NCBI GenBank assembly: GCA_013214975.1
Contig: JABSPR010000020.1
Span: 1,300-65,299 of the forward strand
Source: Flavobacteriales bacterium
GTDB lineage: Bacteria; Bacteroidota; Bacteroidia; DT-38
Length of the DNA: 64,000 bases
Direction: 5' to 3'
The notes under the pieces were generated by a model that ran no database searches, was not told the DNA's origin, and worked only from the letters and a program-made list of their open reading frames with translations. The position numbers and the translations under genes are program-made. How positions within the stretch are numbered: the stretch's first letter is position 1; each line of letters opens with the position of its first letter. Shown piece by piece: positions 1 to 11,152 of the stretch.

Positions 1-2327
1 TGGTTTACGAAAAAGACAGTCTTACTCAGTTTAGTCATTACCATATGGCTGCTTGTTATATAAAATTAGATAACAAGAAGTTTGCTAGAAACTCTTTTAG
101 TGCCTGTACTAAATTAAAATTTGATGATAAAATAAGGGAAGACGCCCTCTTTAACTTTGCGAAATTGTCGTACGAGCACAAATACAATCCTTTTCAAGAG
201 GCGATATCTGCATTTCAAGACTTTATCGAACAATATCCTAAATCTACAAAGGTTACCAAGGCATACGAGTATATGGTTAGTGCTTATTTAACAACAAATA
301 ATTATAAGCTCGCATTACAATCATTAGAAAAAGTAAAGCAAGAAGTTAGAGATAAGGATATTAAACTTCAACAAGCCTATCAAATGTTGGCCTACAATAG
401 AGGGATCGATCTTTATAATAACAATGAACTAAAAAAGTCGATTGTTCATTTTGAAAAGGCGCTCATATATCCGTTAGATAAATCGATTAACCTGAGAGCT
501 CATTTTTGGAAAGCTGAAGCGCATTTTGCATTGGAGAGATATGAGGAGTGTATTAGCGAATACGAAGTGTTTTATAAAGTACCTGGTGCTGCCAGTTCTG
601 ACGAGTTTGTAAAAGCACATTACAACCAGGGTTATGCTTTCTTTCAGAAAAAAGATTACGCTTCGGCAATTTTAAGACTACGACAATTCACAAAGAAAGC
701 AGATACGAACAACAGGCAGATTATTTCTGATGCTTATTTAAGGATAGGAGATAGCTATTTTATTGCTAAGGATGGACACAATGCAATTGATTACTATAAT
801 CTGGCATTACATTTTGGGATACAAGATGAAGCATATACTGTGTTTCAGAAATCGATGGCTCTTGGCATCCTAAGGAAATTTGATGAGAAAATAGCTTTGT
901 TAGAATCGATGATAGGTAAATATGAAAAATCTATTTGGATTGATGATGTTAAATTTCAACTGGCGAGCAGCCTAATGATCATGAATAAAACAGAAGAGGC
1001 TCAATCGTATTTTGAAAAGGTTGTAGCGGAATACCCTACTAGTAGCTATGTGAAAAAGTCGTTGCTGAAAATAGCTGTAATCGATTTTAACAATAATAAA
1101 GACGACGAAGCAATTAAATTATATAAGCAAATAGCAGCTGATTATCCGGAAACGCCAGAAGCGAAGATTGCATTTGACGGAATTGAAAAGATCTATATAG
1201 CCAATAGTAATATTGATGGCTGGATGACTTATTTGAAAAACATAGGTAAAGACGTGCCTCCGTCAAGACTTGATTCTGCAACATATCATGCAGCAGAGAA
1301 TGGATACATTGAAGGGGATTGTGAAAAGGCAATATTAGATTTTGGTAATTATCTATCGGGTTTCCCATCTGGTGTATTTATGTTGCAAGCTCAGTTTTAT
1401 CGATCTGAATGCTTCGTGAGAAGGAGTGAGCTTGTAAAGGCATTAACAGGTTATACTTATGTTTTAAGTAGAGGGCGCACCAAGTTTTATGAAAAGGCAT
1501 TGCGACGAAGCGCAGATATTAATATGGAATTGAAATACTTTAATGAAGCAAAAGATCAATACATCAGATTAGAGTCGATATCAGAATATCCAGAAAATGT
1601 ACTAGCTGCTGTAATTGGCCAGATGCGGATAAACTTTAAATTGAAGGAGTACACCACTGCAATCGAAAAAGCGAGGGTTCTTTTAAGTGCCGAAAACGTA
1701 GATGATAAATTGGTTGAAGAATGCCATTTTGTAATTGCTAAATCGGCTTTTGCTTTAGAGGATCTTGTTACAGCAATTATCGAATTCAAACATGTAACGA
1801 CTAAGTTTAAAACAGAAAAGGGTGCCGAAGCACAATACCATGTGGCATATATTCAGTATTTGCAAAACGAATTGGATTCTGCGGAAGCTTCTATAACAGA
1901 ATTGGTATATCAAGTTCCTTCTTATGATTTCTGGATTTCGAAGGGGATGATATTGTTAGCAGAAATCTATGCAAAAAAAGACGACGCTTTTCAAGCTAAG
2001 CACATTTTACAAAGTATAATTGAAAAGTCACAGGATTCTGTATTGGTTTCGACAGCAGAAATTAGATTGTTAGAAATTGTTGAAGCAGAAGAACAAGCAC
2101 GAATAGCAAAAGAGAAAGAGCTAGAGGAGAATAGAGAGAAAACAGAAATGGTAATCGATGAATCTGATGAGCAGGAACAAGAAGACGTAATCAAACCTGA
2201 AAAAGACAAGGACGGAGAAAAAGAGAAGGGTAAAGAAAAAGAGAAGAACAAAGAAAAGGTAGAGGACGAAAAAGAAAAAGTAGAAGAGGAGAATAGCGAA
2301 GAGAACAATGGTAAAGATGAAGAGTAA
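1..2327 (+). CDS. TPR-repeat protein, 5'-partial (reading frame open to window edge; first in-window ATG at 45), with Lys/Glu-rich low-complexity C-terminal tail
   Basis: The ORF 45..2327 has no in-frame stop upstream back to position 3. It contains repeated TPR-like helix-pair patterns (e.g. AxxYxxLG, YxxALxxY). The C-terminal ~80 aa is EKEKGKEKEKNKEK-type low complexity. Confidence 0.6.
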   Translation, partial: VYEKDSLTQFSHYHMAACYIKLDNKKFARNSFSACTKLKFDDKIREDALFNFAKLSYEHKYNPFQEAISAFQDFIEQYPKSTKVTKAYEYMVSAYLTTNNYKLALQSLEKVKQEVRDKDIKLQQAYQMLAYNRGIDLYNNNELKKSIVHFEKALIYPLDKSINLRAHFWKAEAHFALERYEECISEYEVFYKVPGAASSDEFVKAHYNQGYAFFQKKDYASAILRLRQFTKKADTNNRQIISDAYLRIGDSYFIAKDGHNAIDYYNLALHFGIQDEAYTVFQKSMALGILRKFDEKIALLESMIGKYEKSIWIDDVKFQLASSLMIMNKTEEAQSYFEKVVAEYPTSSYVKKSLLKIAVIDFNNNKDDEAIKLYKQIAADYPETPEAKIAFDGIEKIYIANSNIDGWMTYLKNIGKDVPPSRLDSATYHAAENGYIEGDCEKAILDFGNYLSGFPSGVFMLQAQFYRSECFVRRSELVKALTGYTYVLSRGRTKFYEKALRRSADINMELKYFNEAKDQYIRLESISEYPENVLAAVIGQMRINFKLKEYTTAIEKARVLLSAENVDDKLVEECHFVIAKSAFALEDLVTAIIEFKHVTTKFKTEKGAEAQYHVAYIQYLQNELDSAEASITELVYQVPSYDFWISKGMILLAEIYAKKDDAFQAKHILQSIIEKSQDSVLVSTAEIRLLEIVEAEEQARIAKEKELEENREKTEMVIDESDEQEQEDVIKPEKDKDGEKEKGKEKEKNKEKVEDEKEKVEEENSEENNGKDEE

Positions 2328-3996
2328 CTTTGCATACATATTGCTGTTATTGTTATTGGTATCAATGTCTGATGTGCTATTGGCGCAGGAAAAGGCAAAA
2401 GATAAAGATGGGATAGGCAATGAAAATGTTATTATAGTGGTGGATTATGAAGCTATTATAACCGACGCCCAAAAATTCAATGATTATCCGTCGATAACGG
2501 ATTCTTTGAAAACAATCGTAAACTTGAAATATGACTTCTTGAATAAGAAGAAAGATATTAAGGTAAAAGTAATGCCTATTCAAGCTGCAAGAATAGGAGG
2601 AGCTGGCCCCGTGGCGAAATTGTACAATGGTTTCGTACAACTTGCAGGAGGAAATCATGCCAGTGTGTTTTTGGATGCGAGTTATGCCAGTGTAAGAGAT
2701 AAAAACTATTCGGTTGGTTCTAAATTGCATCATTTCTCTAGTAACGGCAAAGACTTTAATCAATTCAGTAATTCTAATGTAGAAGTATTTGGTAAAAAAT
2801 TCATCAATAAAAAACATACCCTAAGTGGAGGGTTGGCTTATTCGATGGATGGATATGATTATTACAAGTCTAGGAATTTTGAAATGTTAGGGCTTGACGT
2901 TGATTTGAATCAACGATACAATCAATTTGGTGGTAATGTAGGTTTTAAAACGTTTCATGAAGATTCGGCTAAGTTAAACTTAGGTGTGAATATTGAATAC
3001 ATCAACTTTAGCAGCCTTTTAACAAATAACCTTAATAAATCTCTAGAAAATATAATTGATTTTGATGCTTACATGGTTACTCCAGTAACTTCGTCTGCAA
3101 CCGGGAAAGTTTCGATAGGATTGAAATCGTATGGTTATAAATCGGAAGGAGATACTTCTGTTAATACAATTGTAAATGTAGATGCTGTTGCTGTGCTTAC
3201 GCATGATAACATGAGAATGGAATTGGGAGGTAGGTTTTTTGTTGTGAGTCATCAAGGGGATGCTGCAAATATTAAAGTTTACCCGAAAGTGAATTTTAGT
3301 TACAACATTGTCGACAACATATTTATTCCTTATGTAGGCATTGCCGGTTCTGTTAAAAGAGCTGGTTATAAAGGGTCTGTTGATAATAATCCATTTGTAT
3401 CACCAAATTTGGATTTAAGAAACTCCGAAGAGTTATTTGGATACATAGGGTTTAAGGGCACGTTAAGCTCAAGTATATCTTACGATGTACAAGGTTCTTG
3501 GAAAAAAACGAATACGAGAGCATTGTTTGTTCAAGATACTACGGATAACGCTTTCAACTATTTTAATTTGGTGTACGATACGGTTACCACATTATCCGCA
3601 AAGCTTGAATTGGGTTATGAAATTTCTAATAAATTGAAAATGTCTCAAAAAACAATTTACAACAGCTATCAGATGGATAATTTAAAGGCTGCTTGGCATT
3701 TACCGGTTTGGGATGTGTCTTTGATGTTGGAATATAAACTGAAAGACAAATTTAAGGCGCTTATAGAGGTTTATATGCTTGATGGGTTAATTGGTCGTGA
3801 TTTTGATTTAGGTCAAGAGATACCACTCGAAATGGACGCTTTTGCTGATTTTAACTTAGGTGTCGAGTATAATTATTCTTCACGCCTTTCGGCTTTCTTA
3901 CGACTGAATAACCTTTCTTCCAAGAAATACAATAGGTGGTATGGCTACCCTCGATTTGGTTTCAATGTACTAGGTGGATTCTCCTTCTCTTTTTAG
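2308..3996 (+). CDS. hypothetical outer-membrane beta-barrel protein
   Basis: N-terminal signal peptide (MVKMKSNFAYILLLLLLVSMSDVLLAQ). The protein has alternating amphipathic beta-strand character and ends in ...GGFSFSF (C-terminal Phe, typical of OMPs). Its start overlaps the preceding gene by 20 nt, which suggests translational coupling. Confidence 0.45.
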   Translation: MVKMKSNFAYILLLLLLVSMSDVLLAQEKAKDKDGIGNENVIIVVDYEAIITDAQKFNDYPSITDSLKTIVNLKYDFLNKKKDIKVKVMPIQAARIGGAGPVAKLYNGFVQLAGGNHASVFLDASYASVRDKNYSVGSKLHHFSSNGKDFNQFSNSNVEVFGKKFINKKHTLSGGLAYSMDGYDYYKSRNFEMLGLDVDLNQRYNQFGGNVGFKTFHEDSAKLNLGVNIEYINFSSLLTNNLNKSLENIIDFDAYMVTPVTSSATGKVSIGLKSYGYKSEGDTSVNTIVNVDAVAVLTHDNMRMELGGRFFVVSHQGDAANIKVYPKVNFSYNIVDNIFIPYVGIAGSVKRAGYKGSVDNNPFVSPNLDLRNSEELFGYIGFKGTLSSSISYDVQGSWKKTNTRALFVQDTTDNAFNYFNLVYDTVTTLSAKLELGYEISNKLKMSQKTIYNSYQMDNLKAAWHLPVWDVSLMLEYKLKDKFKALIEVYMLDGLIGRDFDLGQEIPLEMDAFADFNLGVEYNYSSRLSAFLRLNNLSSKKYNRWYGYPRFGFNVLGGFSFSF

Positions 3997-4087
3997 GGTT
4001 TTTAAATAGTTGATAACCCTGCTCTAATTGTTAATAACAATATAGGTTTTAATGGAGTTTTCGACCGTTTAAGATACCCTGTTTTTT

Positions 4088-4095
4088 TATCTTTG
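4088..4095 (+). promoter_or_regulatory. candidate Bacteroidota sigma-A -7 box (TATCTTTG) upstream of gyrB
   Basis: Matches the TAnnTTTG consensus ~38 nt upstream of the gyrB ATG. No exact -33 TTTG is present upstream; the nearest is TTTCG. Confidence 0.3.
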
Positions 4096-4130
4096 TAAGA
4101 GTTTGAAATAAACATAATTCCTATCAATAA

Positions 4131-6104
<1,974 letters not shown>

Positions 6105-6139
6105 CGTTAGGAGTCTTATTCGGTAAGGAACAAGGTTAA

Positions 6140-6171
6140 ATGGGTTTAGCAATAGCTAAGCCCATTTTTTG
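6140..6171 (+). terminator. rho-independent terminator downstream of gyrB
   Basis: Stem ATGGGTTTAGC / GCTAAGCCCAT (one G-U pair) with loop AAT, followed by TTTTTT. Confidence 0.55.
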
Positions 6172-6334
6172 CATGTAGTATGTTCCTTGCATCGTTATTA
6201 TTGTAGAAAAATAAACTGATATCATAGAAAAATATTCTATCTTTACAATTAGTTACTAAGCGCTCAATAGTGCATTGAAAAGGGTTTTCGATAGTTTGCG
6301 CGTTTTGTAAGAGAAAGTAAAAATAAGACAGTAA

Positions 6335-6877
6335 ATGAAGAAGTTAGATACGATCGATCTCAGAATCCTAGATTTATTGCAAATGGATGCGAGGATTACA
6401 AATAAGGAGCTTTCAGCAAAGCTTAGCTTATCTACAACTCCTGTTTTTGAGAGAGTGAAAAAGTTAGAGCGATTTGGTTACATCAAGGATTATGTTGCTT
6501 TAATTGATAGAAATAAACTAGATAAGAAAATAGTAACCTATATCTCTGTTTCGTTAAAGGAACATCGGCGAGATTTTGCATGGGAATTTGCTAAGCAAGT
6601 AATCACTTTTAATGAGGTGATGGAGTGTTATGTGATTTCTGGAAGATCTGATTACTTAATTAAGGTAATCGTTGAGGACATGACAGAATTTAGAGACTTT
6701 ATGGAAAATAAAGTAGCAGGTATTGAGAATGTTGGAAAGGTAGAAACTGCTTTTGTAACAGCAGAAATTAAAGCTACAACAGCAATTCCTCTTAGTGGTT
6801 GGATGGACGCTGAAATGTTCGAAAAATCGAAAGGTGTTGATTATGATTTCTTTAATTTGGAGATAAATCCATTATAA
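6335..6877 (+). CDS. Lrp/AsnC family transcriptional regulator
   Basis: N-terminal HTH (LDTIDLRILDLLQMDARITNKELSAKLSLSTTPVFERVKKLE) followed by an RAM/AsnC_trans-like C-terminal domain. Confidence 0.85.
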   Translation: MKKLDTIDLRILDLLQMDARITNKELSAKLSLSTTPVFERVKKLERFGYIKDYVALIDRNKLDKKIVTYISVSLKEHRRDFAWEFAKQVITFNEVMECYVISGRSDYLIKVIVEDMTEFRDFMENKVAGIENVGKVETAFVTAEIKATTAIPLSGWMDAEMFEKSKGVDYDFFNLEINPL

Positions 6878-6894
6878 GAAACCATCTATAAGAA

Positions 6895-6930
6895 AGTAAA
6901 AAAGGGATCGATTGATCCCTTTTTTTTTGG
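6895..6930. terminator. bidirectional rho-independent terminator between convergent genes
   Basis: A-run, then a GGGATC GATT GATCCC hairpin, then T9. It can serve both the asnC-like gene (+) and the 6981..8339 gene (-). Confidence 0.6.
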
Positions 6931-6980
6931 TCAGAAACCGAGCTTAATTAGTTTCCTGGTTATTATCATTCCTTAATGAG

Positions 6981-8339
6981 TTATTGATTACTCATAATTC
7001 TTACAGATCCTGGTACGTCTACTTGTACGCCATCTTCGCTAACAGCAGTTAATCGCCATAAGAAAGTGTTGTTGTGAGACGATAGGTTCTCTAATCCTGT
7101 TAATCCATCCCAGCTTTCGTCTGGATTGATTGTGGACCAGATTAACTTACCTGACGTATCGTGGATTTCTAATTTGTAATCTCTCACATTACTATTAGAT
7201 AAATCTGGTTTAAAAGAGTCTAAAAAGCCATCACTATTTGGGCTAAATTGTCTAATAGCCGACACTATAAAGCCTTCTTGAATGTTTATTTTATACACCA
7301 TCTCGCTCGAGCAGAGGTAATCATTAGTAGCTTTTAGAGTTACTGGGTATTCATCCTCCACTTCAAACAAGTTTTTAGGATTTTCTAAAGTTGAAGTGTT
7401 GCCATCCGCAAAGTCCCATGAATATTCTGTAGCTCCACCAGTAGTTAAGTTTTTAAACTGAATGCTGGAGTTGCTACTATTGCTTTCGAAAGTGAAACGT
7501 ACTTGAGGTGTTGGGAATACATCAACGTTTTGCACGATTGCCGGACATGCTTTACGGTTATTAGGCATAATGATTAATGTTACCTTGCTATTACCACTTT
7601 GGTTAAACACGTGAGTAGGAGATGCATTGTTGTATGAATTTCCATCGCTAAATTTCCATAGGAATCTAGCTTCCGTATCATCTATGTTGATGTGGTAAGT
7701 TTTCTTCTCACCCTGACATAAATTTGTGTCCTCTAAATGTAGATCACAGATGTTTTTGTCGGCATTTACCGCATCTATAGCTACAGCAGGTGTGATGTTA
7801 GGTGATCTTTCAGGGCTAGGACTATTTGCAATCGCATCAGATTGTGTTTCGGTTGCAAGTGCTTTTTCTTCTTGAGAAATATAATTTGTTGAAGGAGTAT
7901 TTACATCACTTAAAGAAGCGGTTTCTTTAGCTTCAGATTTATCCGAATCTGACGATATAGGTGTTTTGTTTGCTTTTAATAATTTTTCGGTACTAACTTC
8001 TTTGTATTGCGTAGCAACTGCAGCCGCGTGGCCCGAGTTCTTTTCGGGTTTCGCAGATTCGTTATTAGTAATAACTTCCTTAGCAACAATTGAATCCGTT
8101 TTAATGCTTGTCTCATCTGAAGATGACGAAAACATAATTGCACCAACAATTACTGCTGCACCTGCAATTGTGCTGATGTACTTAATCGTGTTGTTCCCTT
8201 TTTCAGGAGTGTCTTGAGCGTTTTTATCTAACGACTGTTCTACTCTGTCCCAAACTCCTTCATCATATGGAACTTCGATATTATCAAGGCCATCCTTAAT
8301 AAATTTATCGAAAGAATCGTATGTGTTTCTACTATCCAT
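6981..8339 (-). CDS. ECF-sigma partner (putative anti-sigma-like) single-pass membrane protein with two PKD-like domains and a T9SS type-B (gliding-motility-type) C-terminal domain
   Basis: Its start overlaps the stop of the upstream ECF sigma gene by 8 nt. The ~52-aa cytoplasmic N-terminus carries the VPYDEGVWDRVEQSLDK pattern typical of Bacteroidota ECF partner proteins, followed by one TM helix (ISTIAGAAVIVGAIMF). A ~130-aa Ser/Thr/Glu/Lys-rich linker leads to two PKD-like repeats (WKFSDGNS..., YSWDFADGNTS...). The C-terminus FSPNSDGFLDSF ... KLIWST ... WDG ... GSVRI resembles the T9SS type-B CTD. Confidence 0.6.
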   Translation of the reverse strand: MDSRNTYDSFDKFIKDGLDNIEVPYDEGVWDRVEQSLDKNAQDTPEKGNNTIKYISTIAGAAVIVGAIMFSSSSDETSIKTDSIVAKEVITNNESAKPEKNSGHAAAVATQYKEVSTEKLLKANKTPISSDSDKSEAKETASLSDVNTPSTNYISQEEKALATETQSDAIANSPSPERSPNITPAVAIDAVNADKNICDLHLEDTNLCQGEKKTYHINIDDTEARFLWKFSDGNSYNNASPTHVFNQSGNSKVTLIIMPNNRKACPAIVQNVDVFPTPQVRFTFESNSSNSSIQFKNLTTGGATEYSWDFADGNTSTLENPKNLFEVEDEYPVTLKATNDYLCSSEMVYKINIQEGFIVSAIRQFSPNSDGFLDSFKPDLSNSNVRDYKLEIHDTSGKLIWSTINPDESWDGLTGLENLSSHNNTFLWRLTAVSEDGVQVDVPGSVRIMSNQ

Positions 8340-8916
8340 TACTTTTTACTGCTAACTTTTCAAGGAAAACTTTCCTTAAATTAATTTTTGCTTTAGATAA
8401 ATTAGATTTCGATGCGTTAACACTTATTCCTAATTGATCTGCTATTTCTTTATGCGAATACTCTTCTAATACGAACATATTGAAAACAGTTCGGTATGCC
8501 GGCGATAAATTTTGTATTTCAGCCATTACTTCCTGCATGTTAAACTGATTGAACATGCTAGTATCATCCTGTTCATTCCAGCTTTCTAAGTCCAGAATAT
8601 CTGCTTCGTAATCCAGACTTTTAGATTTTATTTTGTTCTTACGGAAAAAGTCCACAGTTGTGTTCACTATTATTCTTCTTACCCAACCTTCAAAGGAGCC
8701 TTTGAAATTATATTTATGGACACTATCAAAAACTTTCAGAAAGCCATCATGTAAAATGTCTTTGGCTTCATCCTGGTCTTTCGAATATCTTAAGCAAACT
8801 CCCATCATCTTCTGGTAGTATAAAGTGTATATCTTTTTCTGGCAAACTCGATCTCCTGCGGCACATCCATTAATAGTGGATATAAGTTCTTTTTTCGCAT
8901 TTTGATCAATTCCCAT
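8332..8916 (-). CDS. RNA polymerase ECF-type sigma-70 factor
   Basis: The sigma-70 region 2 (ILHDGFLKVFDSVHKYNFKGSFEGWVRRI) and region 4 (YRTVFNMFVLEEYSHKEIADQLGISVNASKSNLSKA) signatures are present. Length is 194 aa. Confidence 0.85.
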   Translation of the reverse strand: MGIDQNAKKELISTINGCAAGDRVCQKKIYTLYYQKMMGVCLRYSKDQDEAKDILHDGFLKVFDSVHKYNFKGSFEGWVRRIIVNTTVDFFRKNKIKSKSLDYEADILDLESWNEQDDTSMFNQFNMQEVMAEIQNLSPAYRTVFNMFVLEEYSHKEIADQLGISVNASKSNLSKAKINLRKVFLEKLAVKSNG

Positions 8917-9219
8917 TTTGTGTTACAGATATAAGTCGTTCAATATGTCAAATGGTTGCCTTGTAATGTTAGTTATTTTTCATTGTAAAAATACACCTGC
9001 ATTTTTAATTACATAAATAAAGACGGAAATAGTTGTACGAGGTTGCCTGTTGATACATGAATACTTCGTTTGTTTTTAATAAGGCCGTGTAACTATCCAT
9101 GTAGTAGAGGTTTGTGTTGAAGGGGTCTGATTATATAACTCTTGTTATAATTTGAACGTATGATCTTCTTTATATACTTTAGCCCTCCTTAAAATATTAA
9201 TGAATAATTTATTTTTTTT

Positions 9220-10146
9220 ATGAAAGTAACTGTGGTAGGTGCTGGTAACGTTGGTGCAACATGCGCAAATGTAATAGCACACAAAGAATTAGCTAACGAA
9301 ATAGTATTAGTAGATATTAAAGAAGGCCTTGCAGAAGGTAAATCTTTAGATATGTGGCAAACTGCTCCTATCAATATGTATGATTCGAGAATTATCGGTT
9401 CTACAAGTGATTATACCAAAACTGAAGGGTCTGATGTTGTTGTAATTACTTCAGGTATTCCTAGAAAACCAGGTATGACTAGAGATGATTTAATTTCTAC
9501 AAATGCTGGTATTGTTAGAATGGTAACAGAAAATATCATTGCAGCTTCTCCTGATGCAATTATCATTATTGTATCAAACCCGTTAGATGTAATGACTTAT
9601 TGTGCTTATTTATCTGCAAAAGTTGATTCTTCTAAAGTATTCGGGATGGCAGGTATTTTAGATACTGCTCGTTATAGAGCTTTCTTGGCCGAAGCGTTAG
9701 ATGTTTCTCCTAAGGATATTCAAGCTGTGTTAATGGGTGGTCATGGAGATACAATGGTTCCTTTACCTCGCTATACTACTGTTGGTGGTATTCCAGTTGC
9801 AGAATTGATTAGTGAAGCAGAATTAGAAGCTATTGTAGATAGAACGAAAAAAGGTGGCGGAGAATTAGTTAACCTTATGGGAACATCTGCTTGGTATGCT
9901 CCAGGTGCTGCTGCTGCTCAAATGGTAGAAGCGATTGTTAGAGATCAAAAACGAATCTTCCCAGTTTGTGCATGGTTGCAAGGTGAGTATGGAATGAAAG
10001 ACATCTACTTAGGCGTTCCTGTTAAATTAGGAAAGAATGGTATCGAAGAAATCATCGAATTAAAATTAAACGAAGCAGAAACTAAGTTGCTCGAAGAATC
10101 TGCTGTTGCAGTTCGTGAAGTAATGTCTGTTTTAGATAAGATGTAA
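9220..10146 (+). CDS. mdh: malate dehydrogenase (LDH-like, NAD-dependent)
   Basis: Rossmann start MKVTVVGAGNVGATCA followed by LDH/MDH family conservation over the full length. Length is 308 aa. Confidence 0.9.
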   Translation: MKVTVVGAGNVGATCANVIAHKELANEIVLVDIKEGLAEGKSLDMWQTAPINMYDSRIIGSTSDYTKTEGSDVVVITSGIPRKPGMTRDDLISTNAGIVRMVTENIIAASPDAIIIIVSNPLDVMTYCAYLSAKVDSSKVFGMAGILDTARYRAFLAEALDVSPKDIQAVLMGGHGDTMVPLPRYTTVGGIPVAELISEAELEAIVDRTKKGGGELVNLMGTSAWYAPGAAAAQMVEAIVRDQKRIFPVCAWLQGEYGMKDIYLGVPVKLGKNGIEEIIELKLNEAETKLLEESAVAVREVMSVLDKM

Positions 10147-10174
10147 TAACGATCTTATAATAGTTAATTTAAAT

Positions 10175-10205
10175 AAAAAAGGCTTCCATTGGAAGCCTTT
10201 TTTAT
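10175..10205. terminator. rho-independent terminator downstream of mdh
   Basis: A-run, then a GGCTTCC ATT GGAAGCC hairpin, then T-run. Confidence 0.6.
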
Positions 10206-10328
10206 TTAAATAAGATTAGTAAGGTATTAATCTGGATTAGTGAGATTGTCAGAATCTATATCCTTCGCAGTTCGAGAGCCAACTGCATAACGCAAGTGCA
10301 GCGGTTTACGTTTCTGTTTAACTGGGAC

Positions 10329-10943
10329 TTATGGTATTTTGTCATTGTCAGGATCTGCATCACATGCAGTTCCTGAAAGCGTACTACATAATATAAGTGC
10401 CACTGTTTGTTCACCTCGCTTATTGGTGATTTCCTTTAAAGCAATTCCCGAAATGTTTTCGTACTCATATATGTGATCTACATATAATTTTAATTTGTTT
10501 TCATCTAATTCTGAAATTGTGCTATCGTAAAATACCCAATTGTAAACATTGGTATAAAGAGACAAGCTTGCATCTTTCATTACCAGCCAATTTGTGTCGG
10601 CATTAAATTCTAAAATTTCCGTGGGAACAGTGGCTGTACCATAAAAGAAAAAATCGTTACGGCTCAAGTCTTCAAACATTACCTTACCAGTGTAGTCTGT
10701 TGTTAAAAATTCATGGTAATTATCATCTAACCCACCTGGATACTCCGTTTTTCCACACGCCATTCTCACATAAGCACTATCAACAAGATTCGATGCATCA
10801 ACCGTACCTTGATATACAGCAACTAATAACTTAGCCTTGCCGTCGTCACACTTTTTACATGCAGGAAGGATTACAATAGCTATAAGTCCAGCTAGTAATG
10901 CCCATTTGATTCCCCATTTAGTTGGATTTGCTTTCACGTTCAT
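10329..10943 (-). CDS. hypothetical lipoprotein
   Basis: Signal peptide with a lipobox-like LPAC motif (ALLAGLIAIVILPACKKC). No recognisable catalytic motif. Confidence 0.4.
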   Translation of the reverse strand: MNVKANPTKWGIKWALLAGLIAIVILPACKKCDDGKAKLLVAVYQGTVDASNLVDSAYVRMACGKTEYPGGLDDNYHEFLTTDYTGKVMFEDLSRNDFFFYGTATVPTEILEFNADTNWLVMKDASLSLYTNVYNWVFYDSTISELDENKLKLYVDHIYEYENISGIALKEITNKRGEQTVALILCSTLSGTACDADPDNDKIP

Positions 10944-11112
10944 GTTTATTTGATTTCAGAGGGTTAAATATACAACATATTTACGTACTTGTCAATTCGA
11001 GATAAATGCAAATCAATGACAATTGCCTTGATAATGGTGTTGCATAATCTTCTAATCGCGAAATAAATGAATAATGCAGCATCTGTAATGACCATTGTAT
11101 CATTAGTTGTTT

Positions 11113-11120
11113 TATATTTG
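11113..11120 (+). promoter_or_regulatory. candidate -7 box (TATATTTG) upstream of secDF
   Basis: Matches TAnnTTTG ~33 nt upstream of the secDF ATG. The -33 TTTG element is not exact. Confidence 0.3.
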
Positions 11121-11152
11121 CGGATTCCAAAAACCGAGTAAGTATTATTATA

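Noticed and set aside
1114-1789. Minus-strand ORFs 1114..1368 and 1556..1789 inside the TPR gene
   Set aside because: Antisense to a coding region with strong TPR periodicity and no recognisable features.
2100-2330. Possible CRISPR array or tandem repeat in the AAAGAGAAG-rich stretch
   Set aside because: It is coding low-complexity sequence (a K/E tail) with no regular repeat-spacer periodicity.
1991-2420. Long antisense ORFs (1991..2398 and 2121..2420, minus strand) rich in S/F/L
   Set aside because: They are artefacts of the purine-only K/E-repeat on the plus strand. They overlap a well-supported TPR gene and have no start context.
8917-9000. Putative autoregulated ECF promoter (GAAC...GT-like) upstream of the sigma gene
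   Set aside because: The match to ECF -35/-10 consensus is too loose to call without comparative data.
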